DNA of 64,000 nucleotides from Hormiphora californensis. Lineage: Eukaryota; Animalia; Ctenophora. Positions 1-16,142 of the stretch are shown here, one piece after another (position 1 is the stretch's first letter; every line of letters starts with the position of its first letter). The DNA lies in assembly GCA_020137815.1 (NCBI GenBank), contig CM035355.1:8122001-8186000 (forward strand), written 5' to 3'. The notes under the pieces were generated by a model. It made no database searches. It saw nothing but the letters and a program-made list of their open reading frames with translations, and was not told where the DNA came from. A program made the position numbers and the translations under genes.

Positions 1-1224
1 GGCACCAGGTATAGGAACAGCAGCAGTACGTCCAGTGGTGTCAGCATCCTCCTCGTCTCCCATCAGATCTACAGTACAAGGATCGGAACCAGACTCTATT
101 GTAGCACTATCAGAAAATAACTGTCCCAAGGTTAATGATGACTCTCCACCGTCTAGGGTGGGGTGGTGGTTAACTACAGTCTCATCAACAGCGTCTGTCA
201 CGTCAGCGGGTACAGTGGAATTCATATCTATCACGTTGGTGTCTGTGGTGTTTACTTCCCTGTTATTTGCGCCAGGTGGTGTAGTATGGGAGTTGGGCGG
301 TATAGTATCCAGTTCACAACCAAGCAGGAAGTCCAGTACCAGGTCGCCATCGTCGTCATCGTTGGTGGACTTGCATTTCTCCGGGAACCACGGTTGTTCC
401 ACACTATCAGCAGGAAGTTGTGCTGTAGTAGCCACGTGGAGGTTTCCAAAAGCCTCACTCAAACAGTCAAAGTGTACCACTCTCAGGTTCTGCAGTGTCT
501 TGGTCTTGAGAGAGTTGGTAAACGGTCTGGCAAGATTAGGTATGTAGTGGCGAAACCAACCAAAACAATTTAGAAGCCGCAGGACATCTTTTTGTGAATC
601 TGGATCCCTCATACATCGTAGTGCATTAACCCTTGCCTCATCGACATCAATCCCGTGTTCAGCCAGATAGATACCACCATACATAACATGAACAGTCCTG
701 GAAAACACAATCCTCAAGTTCTCTGCCATTTCTAGTATACTGCTGCGTCCAGGCTTCAGAACGTCATCCACGAATGTTGAAGCTACCTCCTTCGGAGTGC
801 CTGCAAGTATCATCTCAAGTAGGTTCCAAAATACGCCAGGGTAACCACACAGAGCCAGTGCAATGACTGTGAACTGGAAATAGCTCACTCCAGGTATTAC
901 AGGATCAGCCTCGTCATCAAACTTAATTTCCAAACAAGAAAATAACTGAGCACCATGACAAGCTGCTGTGGTTACACGTATTCCTCCCGCAACAAGGGCT
1001 CCTCTGGGAAGGTAGATCTCGGCTACTTCAGAAACAACTCCAATAGGAAACCCTGGTAGACCACTCTGAACCCATACTGTCCAATCAAACACCGGATTCA
1101 CTAACTGTAGTAACACTAACAGTATCAACATCATCTCCAAATCAGCGCTGAGTCTTCTGGTTGTTTGCTGCCGTCCCATCAAGGTCACCATTGTCCCTGT
1201 TGGCGGGGACCGGTAAATCTGCAT
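1..1224 (-). CDS. Divergent Ty3/Gypsy reverse-transcriptase-like ORF, open to the window edge (>=408 aa; absent from the ORF track because no stop is reached)
   Basis: Manual translation from ATG 1224: GAQLFSCLE, YFQFTVIALALCGYPGVFWNLLEMIL, TFVDDVL, HVMYGGIYLAEHGIDVDEARVNALRCMRDPDSQKDVLRLLNCFGWFRHYIPNLA, matching Gypsy RT palm/thumb motifs in order, then an acidic low-complexity tail. Confidence 0.75.
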   Translation of the reverse strand, partial: MQIYRSPPTGTMVTLMGRQQTTRRLSADLEMMLILLVLLQLVNPVFDWTVWVQSGLPGFPIGVVSEVAEIYLPRGALVAGGIRVTTAACHGAQLFSCLEIKFDDEADPVIPGVSYFQFTVIALALCGYPGVFWNLLEMILAGTPKEVASTFVDDVLKPGRSSILEMAENLRIVFSRTVHVMYGGIYLAEHGIDVDEARVNALRCMRDPDSQKDVLRLLNCFGWFRHYIPNLARPFTNSLKTKTLQNLRVVHFDCLSEAFGNLHVATTAQLPADSVEQPWFPEKCKSTNDDDDGDLVLDFLLGCELDTIPPNSHTTPPGANNREVNTTDTNVIDMNSTVPADVTDAVDETVVNHHPTLDGGESSLTLGQLFSDSATIESGSDPCTVDLMGDEEDADTTGRTAAVPIPGA

Positions 1225-1643
1225 CTATTCCCATTGCATGACGGTGATGTTTTAGTTTCTGACGAGTACGACTAACAGATTTTAGACGGGCCACTAACGG
1301 CAATGCAATTCAGGACGGTGACAATCTGATCTGATCTGAATCTCCGGAAAATTCATCCTGACAGATAATATTATCTCTCTCTGTTATTCTCTCACTTTAT
1401 ATCAGGGTCTCACTCTCACTCTGTCTCCCTCTATCTCAAATACTCTCTCTCTCTAAATCTCTCCAACTCTAGAACTCTATATCTCACCAACTCTCTCCAC
1501 CCTCATCGTCTCTCTCAGCTACTGCGCGAGACTCTCAGACTGACAGTTAACTCATGTGGCCACGCTAACTGGTCGGAGTTTCACCTATTAGGGAACACTT
1601 CAAACCGGACGCAGCGTCTTAACACGACTTAACTGCCAGTCGA

Positions 1644-1772
<129 letters not shown>

Positions 1773-1974
1773 CTTGTTCTATGCTTGAATGTATGAATAT
1801 AAGTGACGTTATGACATTATTGACTGATAGGATACCACTGTGCGAATATGGTGAAGCAAGCCCTAATATGATATGAATATGGGACAACACGGACAAACCG
1901 GACAAGACACACAACCGACAAATCAGACACGACTAAGTAACGAACTAACATTTCCAAGATGCACACAGTGCACA

Positions 1975-2977
1975 TGTAAGACCCCCCTGTTGGGATCCCC
2001 TTTTCACCGTTGGACTGAGCACCGGGTTGGCTAGATCGGACATTGCGTTGTACTGCTCACACGGGTATATTGAGGTGACTGTGAGCGAATAATGAAATAT
2101 GCAAGTGTGGTTTTTAGTATATTTTAATTAACTAATACGACAGAAATATAATGTGGGGGTAAATAAATAAGTACCGAAGCAGTACACAAAACAGCTCACT
2201 AGAGATCTAAAAAGTCCAAATAGGAGAAGTGAATCCACAAAGCGAGATCCGAAAGAAGTGAGTTCACAAAGCAAGCTCCAAAGAAGTGAGGGCGATTCTC
2301 CTCGTGCAGTCCAGTATTAGTACTCAGATAATTGGTACCACTAAGTCCCCGGACATGATACACCGCCAGCCACCAACCTCTTCTTGTAATTTGGTTTTAA
2401 TCATACGGCAGTGATCTCTGACGCAGGAACAGGGAACTGGCAAATCTCTCCAACTATCCTCTAAGGTTGTAGAGTCAATTTGTACAGACAACCATCTCAG
2501 TAACTTCAGCACGAGCATCCCCATAATTCTGGTAATTCAGGAACTCCTCTTGAAAGATATGAACTCCTCTAGAAAGCTAGGGCCGGTACTTAAAAACACG
2601 ATTACCTAGTCACATCATACAACAATACTACTGTGGGACATATCCCCACATATGATGATGAAGTCCTATATCCGTGCACCAGTGCATGGAACCAATTAAT
2701 ATCCATTACGACTAATGGATGAAGTGTGTGGCCATGAATGTAAATTATGATATATATATATATATATATTCCCGAAAACATATTTATGCCCATAATTAAT
2801 CAGGGGGCACATATAAGTGACCCCGCATCCACCTCTCTCTCCAAGGAAGTTTCCAAGAAGGAGTAGAGCCTGCCCGAGTCTCTATTTCTCGGCCAAATCA
2901 TTCACAAGCCAATTCGGTAGTTCCACTCATGTGGGACTGAGATATATGACCAGGGGGCACATAATAGTGACCCCGCA
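1975..2977 (-). repeat. 3' LTR
   Basis: tgtaagaccccc...gtgaccccgca, nearly identical to 5713-6711. Confidence 0.92.
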
Positions 2978-2992
2978 ACCACCTCTCTCTCC
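2978..2992 (-). other. Polypurine tract
   Basis: GGAGAGAGAGGTGGT immediately 5' of the 3' LTR on the minus strand. Confidence 0.75.
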
Positions 2993-3877
2993 AAGGAAGT
3001 TTCCAAGAAGGATTAGCAGACGTTCGAGTATTCATAAACACTCATCAGAACAAGAGTCTCGAACAAGAGTCTCTCATTTGAGAACAGCTCTCACTGAAGA
3101 TGAAAGAACTTTCATTTTTGGAATCCAGCACAAAGAATTCATTTCCAGCACATGGCTGTTTAGCCATGGGATGTCTGGAGCACACTCGGCCTCTCAGGGA
3201 CGAGCAATTAACTTGTATTTGTCCAAGTTTTAAAACACCAACTAATTGAATGATGTCGCCGAAAGAGCGATATCACCTTAAGATCTTCCCCGGGAAGTTC
3301 CTCTTTAATTACCAGGCCTGCGGTAATTAATAATTCAAGGCTTGAGTCAAACTGACCCGCCTTTCTCACACTCAGAGTTGCCAAAGGAACACAGGTTAGC
3401 ATTGCCAACCAGATAAACTGGATCACTGATCTATCCATACACTAAATAACAGAATGGCCGAAAGAAGGGCTGAAAAAGAAGAAAAGGGGAGGTTTATCAA
3501 GACTATATGGAGATCAACACAACTATACACCCACCTAATTCCCAAGAAGGAGTGCCAAACAGGGGTGGGTCCGAGCAACCCCTCCCAGAGAAAAATGCAT
3601 AGCATATTCATCCCCATAAACTCTTTGTGCCCTGTTCGATTACACAGTACCACTGTGTCACAGAAGCTGATTGCTAGACAGCTAAACTGTAGTCGTTTCA
3701 ATTCAATCTCGTAATAATCTCGCTCATTTATAATCTCCCGAACAGGGCCATGGCCATAATCTCGTAATATTCTCACTCATTTCATAATTCCGGTGGAAAA
3801 CACAATCACATCCACCCGGGTAGTGTCATCCCAGACATCTACCTCCTCCCCTTATCAGCATATCACTGCTCAAACTT

Positions 3878-4447
3878 TTACCCGATGCATCTCTCCGGTG
3901 GCTGTATACTTCGCCGCAAATTGTACTTTCCACCACCACGTGTTCCCGACTTTTCGTCAATATCATTAGCTCTCCTGTCTGGGGACCTAACAGTGAGCGG
4001 TATCTTCCTTCCTCCTACATGAAGGAGACTGGAGTGTAAATCCACAATACAACCATGTTTCACTAACATGGGCTGGCCAATGATTAGTTGCTCCTGAATG
4101 TCCGCAACTACAAAATCTGCCCTAAGGTTCACAACTTGTTGACCTAGCCCTACCATTATTCCATCTATCCTCCCTGTACAATTAACAGGAGTGCCTGCTA
4201 TACCAACCAGATTCCACTCACATGGATCCATCTCTACTACACGTAGAACCTTATTCGCCAAACCCGTGGATATTACATTGACACACGCACCTGTGTCTAA
4301 CAAGGCTTCCGCCATATGGTTCCCGATTCTGATAGGAACAAAAATTCCTGCAAGGAAATCACTCAAGATTTCCACCGGTTTGGCCTCCCGTACCTGTTGA
4401 GCCCTCCAGCTCCCTGTAGATCTACTAGAGGGCACACCTAGTTTAAA
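3878..4447 (-). CDS. Retropepsin aspartic protease, -1 frame relative to gag
   Basis: ALLDTGACVNVIS and LIIGQPML motifs; frame entered through T TTA AAC at 4447-4441; stop at 3878 with no RT/RNaseH/IN. Confidence 0.88.
   Translation of the reverse strand, partial: FKLGVPSSRSTGSWRAQQVREAKPVEILSDFLAGIFVPIRIGNHMAEALLDTGACVNVISTGLANKVLRVVEMDPCEWNLVGIAGTPVNCTGRIDGIMVGLGQQVVNLRADFVVADIQEQLIIGQPMLVKHGCIVDLHSSLLHVGGRKIPLTVRSPDRRANDIDEKSGTRGGGKYNLRRSIQPPERCIG
4401..4447 (-). promoter_or_regulatory. Programmed -1 ribosomal frameshift signal
   Basis: Slippery heptamer TTTAAAC directly before the gag TAG, 7-nt spacer, then stem GCCCTCTAG/CTGGAGGGC. Confidence 0.8.
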
Positions 4448-5781
4448 GAAAAGAAAGGGGTTACTCCTCCCTCTCTTTGATTAGTCCCTGGGGTAACATT
4501 GTTACTCCGACTCGTGCCCACCTGTTCACTAATCATATTAACTGCCCGCCGTTGGTTCCTACCCTGATTTCTACTCGCCACCGGTGCAAAGTTATCAGGG
4601 TAATTATCGAACCCCGACCAATCATTTCGATTGCTCGACCAACTATTTTGATTGCCTGACCAATCATTTGATGGTTCATACCAACTATTGGATGACCCAG
4701 AACCTCCTTGTCCTGCAGAGCAATAGTCTCTGGAGTCCCAGTAATCCCCACAATCCATCTTTAGGTGGCCCGTACGACCACAATACCAGCAACTTCGTCT
4801 CGGTCTATTACCCTGATATTGGTAATAATCCCAGATAGAATCATCTCCCTCAAACTGCCATGGGGCCGAGGGACCAGGTAGTGCATTATTGTTCCCAGCA
4901 TCAGTTGGGTAACCGCCTCCCCAAGGAATTTCAGTTCTGAGAACTGAGACTTCAACAGCATCATCCTTCTTCCGGATGGTGTTCCGGGCCTGGTGTGAAC
5001 TCTCGAGGGTAACTGCCTCTTCAAGGAGTTCATCGAAATCCATCCTATTAATGCCCCGGATTAGCTGTAAGCTAACCTCATCATTTAGTATGCCCGCAGC
5101 TAGAGCATCCTTCATGACTGAATCACGATTTTGGCGCGCATTTGGATCCGTACTGGGGAATTCAATATTCCCAAGATCTCGGAGCCTCTCTCCGAACTCA
5201 TGCACCGACTCGCCAACCTTCTGGCTCACGTTACGGATGTCGAATCGCGCCTTCAATTCATTGTACTTAGAGCTATCCTCTAAGATCTTACGTACACCTT
5301 TCTTGTACGCAGCCCATGACGAAGTAACCAGGTTCACCGACTCAGTTATTCTCTCCTGCAATTTAGGAGACAAATATGTAACAAACCCCCTGATAATGGC
5401 TGACTCAGTCAACCCCAAACCTTTTACAAAGGCTTCATAACCACACATGAACTGCCTTATAGTCATGGTGGTGGGTGAGTACACCGGCGGTCTGTTCATA
5501 CCCGCTGTGAGCAGACGTTGATCATTTCCATTATTTCGGAAATTATTTTCACCCATAGCTCTCTGCATTTTTAGCAGAGCCTTTATTCCCTGTTTGTTTT
5601 CCTCAGGAAGATCATGTAGATTTTCCTTTCTCAAAAGACCATCAAGCTTTCTTTCGAAAGCTTCGGCTGTCACATTGTTCCCAGGTTCAAATCCTGGTAT
5701 GTCAGCACCATTTGTAAGACCCCCCTGTTGGGATCCCCTTTTCACCGTTGGACTGAGCACCGGGTTGGCTAGATCGGACAT
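4438..5781 (-). CDS. gag: Gag (capsid + CCHC zinc knuckle)
   Basis: 447 aa; QKVGESVHEFGERL major-homology-like motif; CWYCGRTGHLKMDC zinc knuckle. Confidence 0.9.
   Translation of the reverse strand: MSDLANPVLSPTVKRGSQQGGLTNGADIPGFEPGNNVTAEAFERKLDGLLRKENLHDLPEENKQGIKALLKMQRAMGENNFRNNGNDQRLLTAGMNRPPVYSPTTMTIRQFMCGYEAFVKGLGLTESAIIRGFVTYLSPKLQERITESVNLVTSSWAAYKKGVRKILEDSSKYNELKARFDIRNVSQKVGESVHEFGERLRDLGNIEFPSTDPNARQNRDSVMKDALAAGILNDEVSLQLIRGINRMDFDELLEEAVTLESSHQARNTIRKKDDAVEVSVLRTEIPWGGGYPTDAGNNNALPGPSAPWQFEGDDSIWDYYQYQGNRPRRSCWYCGRTGHLKMDCGDYWDSRDYCSAGQGGSGSSNSWYEPSNDWSGNQNSWSSNRNDWSGFDNYPDNFAPVASRNQGRNQRRAVNMISEQVGTSRSNNVTPGTNQREGGVTPFFSLN
5681..5710 (-). other. Primer binding site (tRNA 3'-end-like)
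   Basis: Minus strand TGGTGCTGACATACCAGGATTTGAACCTGG, 2 nt after the LTR; plus strand reads CCAGG-TTCAAAT-CCTGG...GCACCA (T-arm-like hairpin + CCA). Confidence 0.7.
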
Positions 5782-6711
5782 TGCGTTGTACTGCTCACAC
5801 GGGTATATTGAGGTGACTGTGAGCGAATAATGAAATATGCAAGTGTGGTTTTTAGTATATTTTAATTAACTAATACGACAAGAAATATAATGTGGGGTAA
5901 ATAAATAAGTACCGAAGCAGTACACAAAACAGCTCACTAGAGATCTAAAAGTCCAAATAGGAGAAGTGAATCCACAAAGCGAGATCCGAAAGAAGTGAGT
6001 TCACAAAGCAAGCTCCAAAGAAGTGAGGGCGATTCTCCTCGTGCAGTCCAGTATTAGTACTCAGATAATTGGTACCACTAAGTCCCCGGACATGATACAC
6101 CGCCAGCCACCAACCTCTTCTTGTAATTTGGTTTTAATCATACGGCAGTGATCTCTGACGCAGGAACAGGGAACTGGCAAATCTCTCCAACTATCCTCTA
6201 AGGTTGTAGAGTCAATTTGTACAGACAACCATCTCAGTAACTTCAGCACGAGCATCCCCATAATTCTGGTAATTCAGGATCTCCTCTTGAAAGATATGAA
6301 CTCCTCTAGAAAGCTAGGGCCGGTACTTAAAACACGATTACCTAGTCACATCATACAACAATACTACTGTGGGACATATCCCCACATATGATGATGAAGT
6401 CCTATATCCGTGCACCAGTGCATGGAACCAATTAATATCCATTACGACTAATGGATGAAGTGTGTGGCCATGAATGTAAATTATGATATATATATATATA
6501 TATTCCCGAAAACATATTTATGCCCATAATTAATCAGGGGGCACATATAAGTGACCCCGCATCCACCTCTCTCTCCAAGGAAGTTTCCAAGAAGGAGTAG
6601 AGCCTGCCCGAGTCTCTATTTCTCGGCCAAATCATTCACAAGCCAATTCGGTAGTTCCACTCATGTGGGACTGAGATATATGACCAGGGGGCACATAATA
6701 GTGACCCCGCA
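5713..6711 (-). repeat. 5' LTR
   Basis: Direct repeat of 1975-2977; followed on the minus strand by AA-TGG (PBS). Confidence 0.92.
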
Positions 6712-6715
6712 CACA

Positions 6716-7453
6716 TATGGTCATTTACGAAGTTTGAAAATACCCAGGGGGGTGACAGTTTCAAAAAATCCGACTTTACTATGAGACTCATTGCTCTAAG
6801 GAACAAACAAATTAATTTATCTTTTAAAAATCAAACACAAATTTCACCGGTTATATGAGGATAAATTACCATTTACCAGGTCACGGGTTCCCAGCAAACG
6901 GGTACTCTAGTTGTAATAATAGAGCATAATCGAGTGCGGTAAAAACGACAGTTATTTAAAATCAGACTTTAGTGTCGGCCAGCGTTAAAATCTGGGTGTT
7001 TCGTGAGTGCTGACAAACGGTTTTTTAGGGTTAGGGCTAAAGTAGGGTTAGGGTTAGGGTTGGGGTTTGGGTTGGGGTTAGGCCTTGACATTGCCTACTA
7101 GATAAACTTTGGATGAGCCAAAACGGTTGAGTGGTTCGGCGGTTAGAGCCGTTTTAGTGAATCAACTTTTTTGGCAGCGCGCACCTGTAAACAGGCCACC
7201 AAACACCCAGATCGTAACGGCGCCCTTTAAAGTCGGATTTTTTGAAACTGTCACCCCCTGGGTATTTTCGAATTTCGTAAATGACCATAAATCCGGTTCC
7301 TGACGAGATAGAGACTTGAAATTTGGAGGTTACGAAGATCTTGCTAAGTTCTTCCGAACCTCCAAATTTCAAGTCTCTATCTTATCAGGAACCGGAGATA
7401 TGTCAAATTTTGTTAATTCAGGGGGGTGACAGTTTCAAAAAATCCGACTTTAG
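6716..7453. mobile_element. Cluster of short palindromic MITE-like elements, including a TTAGGG-containing insert (~6970-7225)
   Basis: Inverted copies of gggtgacagtttcaaaaaatccgacttta; hairpin 7292-7396; a related copy at 60780-61005. Confidence 0.65.
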
Positions 7454-7461
7454 TGTCTCCC

Positions 7462-8283
7462 TAGTCAGGACCACTATTGGTGCGCGGTCGTGCCCACGGA
7501 AGGAGTGCTTGGATCATCTTGAAACCGGTTTTAAGTTCACTAATGCATACCCAAAAGTGTCTGTAGCCATTTGGGTGATGTTCTGACAATCCAATCACGA
7601 GTTATGACCGAAAAACAGTCAAAAAAGACGTTTTAAAGTGACAAAAAGGAGGATCTGAACACAGCCCTTATATGAAGGGCTGGGGCTTTGAAACTTCTTG
7701 TGTGGACAGAGAATCGTCCAAATTTGCAGTGTCAACTTTCAGATAGTTTCTATCTTTTGTAGTTATCTAATTAGAGTCGTTTAAACATGTGAGAAGTTGC
7801 TAAAGGGGCCTATAATACTGCTTGTGAAGTGATCACTTGACGAGATTTGCCCAATTAGAGAGCGGATTAAAGCATACAAGCGGTGAGAGCAAGCAATATG
7901 AGATGGAAGTAGTACCTAATCACCCTGTTTTGCAGGGTCATAAAGATCGTCTCACATGTTTGAATGGCTCTAATTAGATAACTACAAAAGATAGCAACTA
8001 TCTGAAAGTTGACACTGCAAATTTGGACGATTCTCTGTCCACACAAGAAGTTTCAAAGCCCCAGCCCTTCATATAAGGGCTGTGTTCAGATCCTCCTTTT
8101 TGTCACTTTAAAACGTCTTTTTTTGACTGTTTTTCGGTCATAACTCGTGATTGGATTGTCAGAACATCACCCAAATGGCTACAGACACTTTTGGGTATGC
8201 ATTAGTGAACTTAAAACCGGTTTCAAGATGATCCAAGCACTCCTTCCGTGGGCACGACCGCGCACCAATAGTGGTCCTGACTA
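7462..8283. mobile_element. Foldback non-autonomous DNA transposon, Academ-like termini
   Basis: ~330-bp near-perfect inverted arms (7462-7794 / 7950-8283), TAG...CTA ends, CCC on both flanks (3-bp TSD). Confidence 0.75.
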
Positions 8284-8539
8284 CCCACTAAATTTCTATT
8301 TCAATTTTGAAAATGGAACGCGCGCGAAAACTATCTTTGCTGCGCGCCGCTTTTTGCGGCGCATTTGAAAATAAAACGCATTTTTCACAAAAGCTGAGCT
8401 GAGCTGTGTCCTGAACAATCAGTAACGATATTTATCAGTAAATTAAAACACGTCCAGTTCGTATGACTAAAAGAGTGTATATTTACAAAACGATTTGAAC
8501 CACTTTTGAAAAAGGACATGCACAAGTATAACAAAATGA

Positions 8540-14626
<6,087 letters not shown>

Positions 14627-14835
14627 TGCGGATGATGAGCCATACCTTTTCAACTGCTCATGTCAGCAAGTTAATATAAATGATCAGTAGATGCGCCCAT
14701 GCAGGCGTCTTGTTGAGGAGCTTCAGGCCATGTTAGAGGGCAGTATTGCAGCCGTCTTGATGAGGGGTGCGCGAACAGGATTGGCGCTCATCTGTGTTGC
14801 TATCAGTTATCACTCTGAAAGAAATTGGAATTCAG

Positions 14836-15756
14836 GGACCAAGTTGTTGAGTAACAACAAGGGCCAAGGATGTTGAGTAACAACAAGGACCAAGTTGTTG
14901 AGTAACAACAAGGACCAAGTTGTTGAGTAACAACAAGGACCAAGTTGTTGAGTAACAACAAGGACCAAGTTGTTGAGTAACAACAAGGGCCAAGGATGTT
15001 GAGTAACAACAAGGACCAAGTTGTTGAGGAACAACAAGGACCAAGTTGTTGAGTAACAACAAGGGCCAAGGATGTTGAGTAACAACAAGGGCCAAGGATG
15101 TTGAGTAACAACAAGGACCAAGTTGTTGAGGTAACAACAAGGACCAAGTTGTTGAGTAACACAGGGCCAGATGTTTGAGTAACAACAAGGGCCAAGGATG
15201 TTGAGTAACAACAAGGACCAATTTGTTGAGTAACAACAAGGACCAAGTTGTTGAGTAACAACAAGGGCCAAGTTGTTGAGTAACAACAAGGGCCAAGTTG
15301 TTGAGTAACAACAAGGACCAAGTTGTTGAGTAACAACAAGGGCCAAGGATGTTGAGTAACAACAAGGACCAAGTTGTTGAGTAACAACAAGGACCAAGGA
15401 TGTTGAGTAACAACAAGGACCAAGTTGTTGAGTAACAACAAGGGCCAAGGATGTTGAGTAACAACAAGGGCCAAGTTGTTGAGTAACAACAAGGACCAAG
15501 TTGTTGAGTAACAACAAGGACCAAGTTGTTGAGTAACAACAAGGACGAAGTTGTTGAGTAACAACAAGGGCCAAGTTGTTGAGTAACAACAAGGGCCAAG
15601 GATGTTGAGTAACAACAAGGGCCAAGGATGTTGAGTAACAACAAGGGCCAAGGATGTTGAGTAACAACAAGGACCAAGGATGTTGAGTAACAACAAGGGC
15701 CAAGGATGTTGAGTAACAACAATGGCCAATTGGTTGTTGAGTAACAACAATGGCCA
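14836..15756. repeat. ~26-27-bp minisatellite
   Basis: gttgttgagtaacaacaaggaccaa repeated ~35 times. Confidence 0.95.
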
Positions 15757-16142
15757 AGGGGATTCGTCGGGGAATTAAAATTAGATGGTGGTAAAATGGT
15801 GAGGGGCATGTGAGTCATGAGAGGTTAGTTGTCTAGGCACAAAAGATTAAAGAAGCCATTCACTCCAGTGTCAGGCCAATGCTCTGACCACAGTTCTCGC
15901 GCGCTCCGAGAGAAGCGAGAATGGGTCAGGCCAATGCTCTGACAGTTCACTCCAGTGTCAACAACTCCATTCAGAGATTGAAGTTCTTGAATAACAGCTC
16001 ACATCTTCACATGTGGCGGTGCTAAAAGCATAAATGTGAGAACTTTATGTCACAGCATTGGCCTGACAGACCAGTAGTAACACATGGTGCAACAAGGTAG
16101 GATAAAAGTAGCTGCTCACTCACTCACCACCAACAGCTAAAG

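Larger units (their letters stand above)
1975..6711 (-). mobile_element. Non-autonomous Ty3/Gypsy-type LTR retrotransposon (gag-pro only)
   Basis: Two near-identical ~1 kb direct repeats with TG...CA ends; 4-bp target-site duplication CACA (1971-1974, 6712-6715); PBS and PPT at the expected positions; gag and protease ORFs inside. Confidence 0.92.

Noticed and set aside
35-573. Plus-strand 170-aa and 136-aa ORFs
   Set aside because: Antisense shadows of the minus-strand RT-like ORF
2324-2524. 66-aa ORF duplicated at 6061-6261
   Set aside because: Duplicated only because it lies in the LTR; no independent coding evidence
5681-5710. tRNA gene
   Set aside because: Only a T-arm and 3' end are present; no D or anticodon arm; explained as a PBS
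14803-15818. Three overlapping ~315-aa ORFs
   Set aside because: Translations of a stop-poor minisatellite in all frames; no protein features
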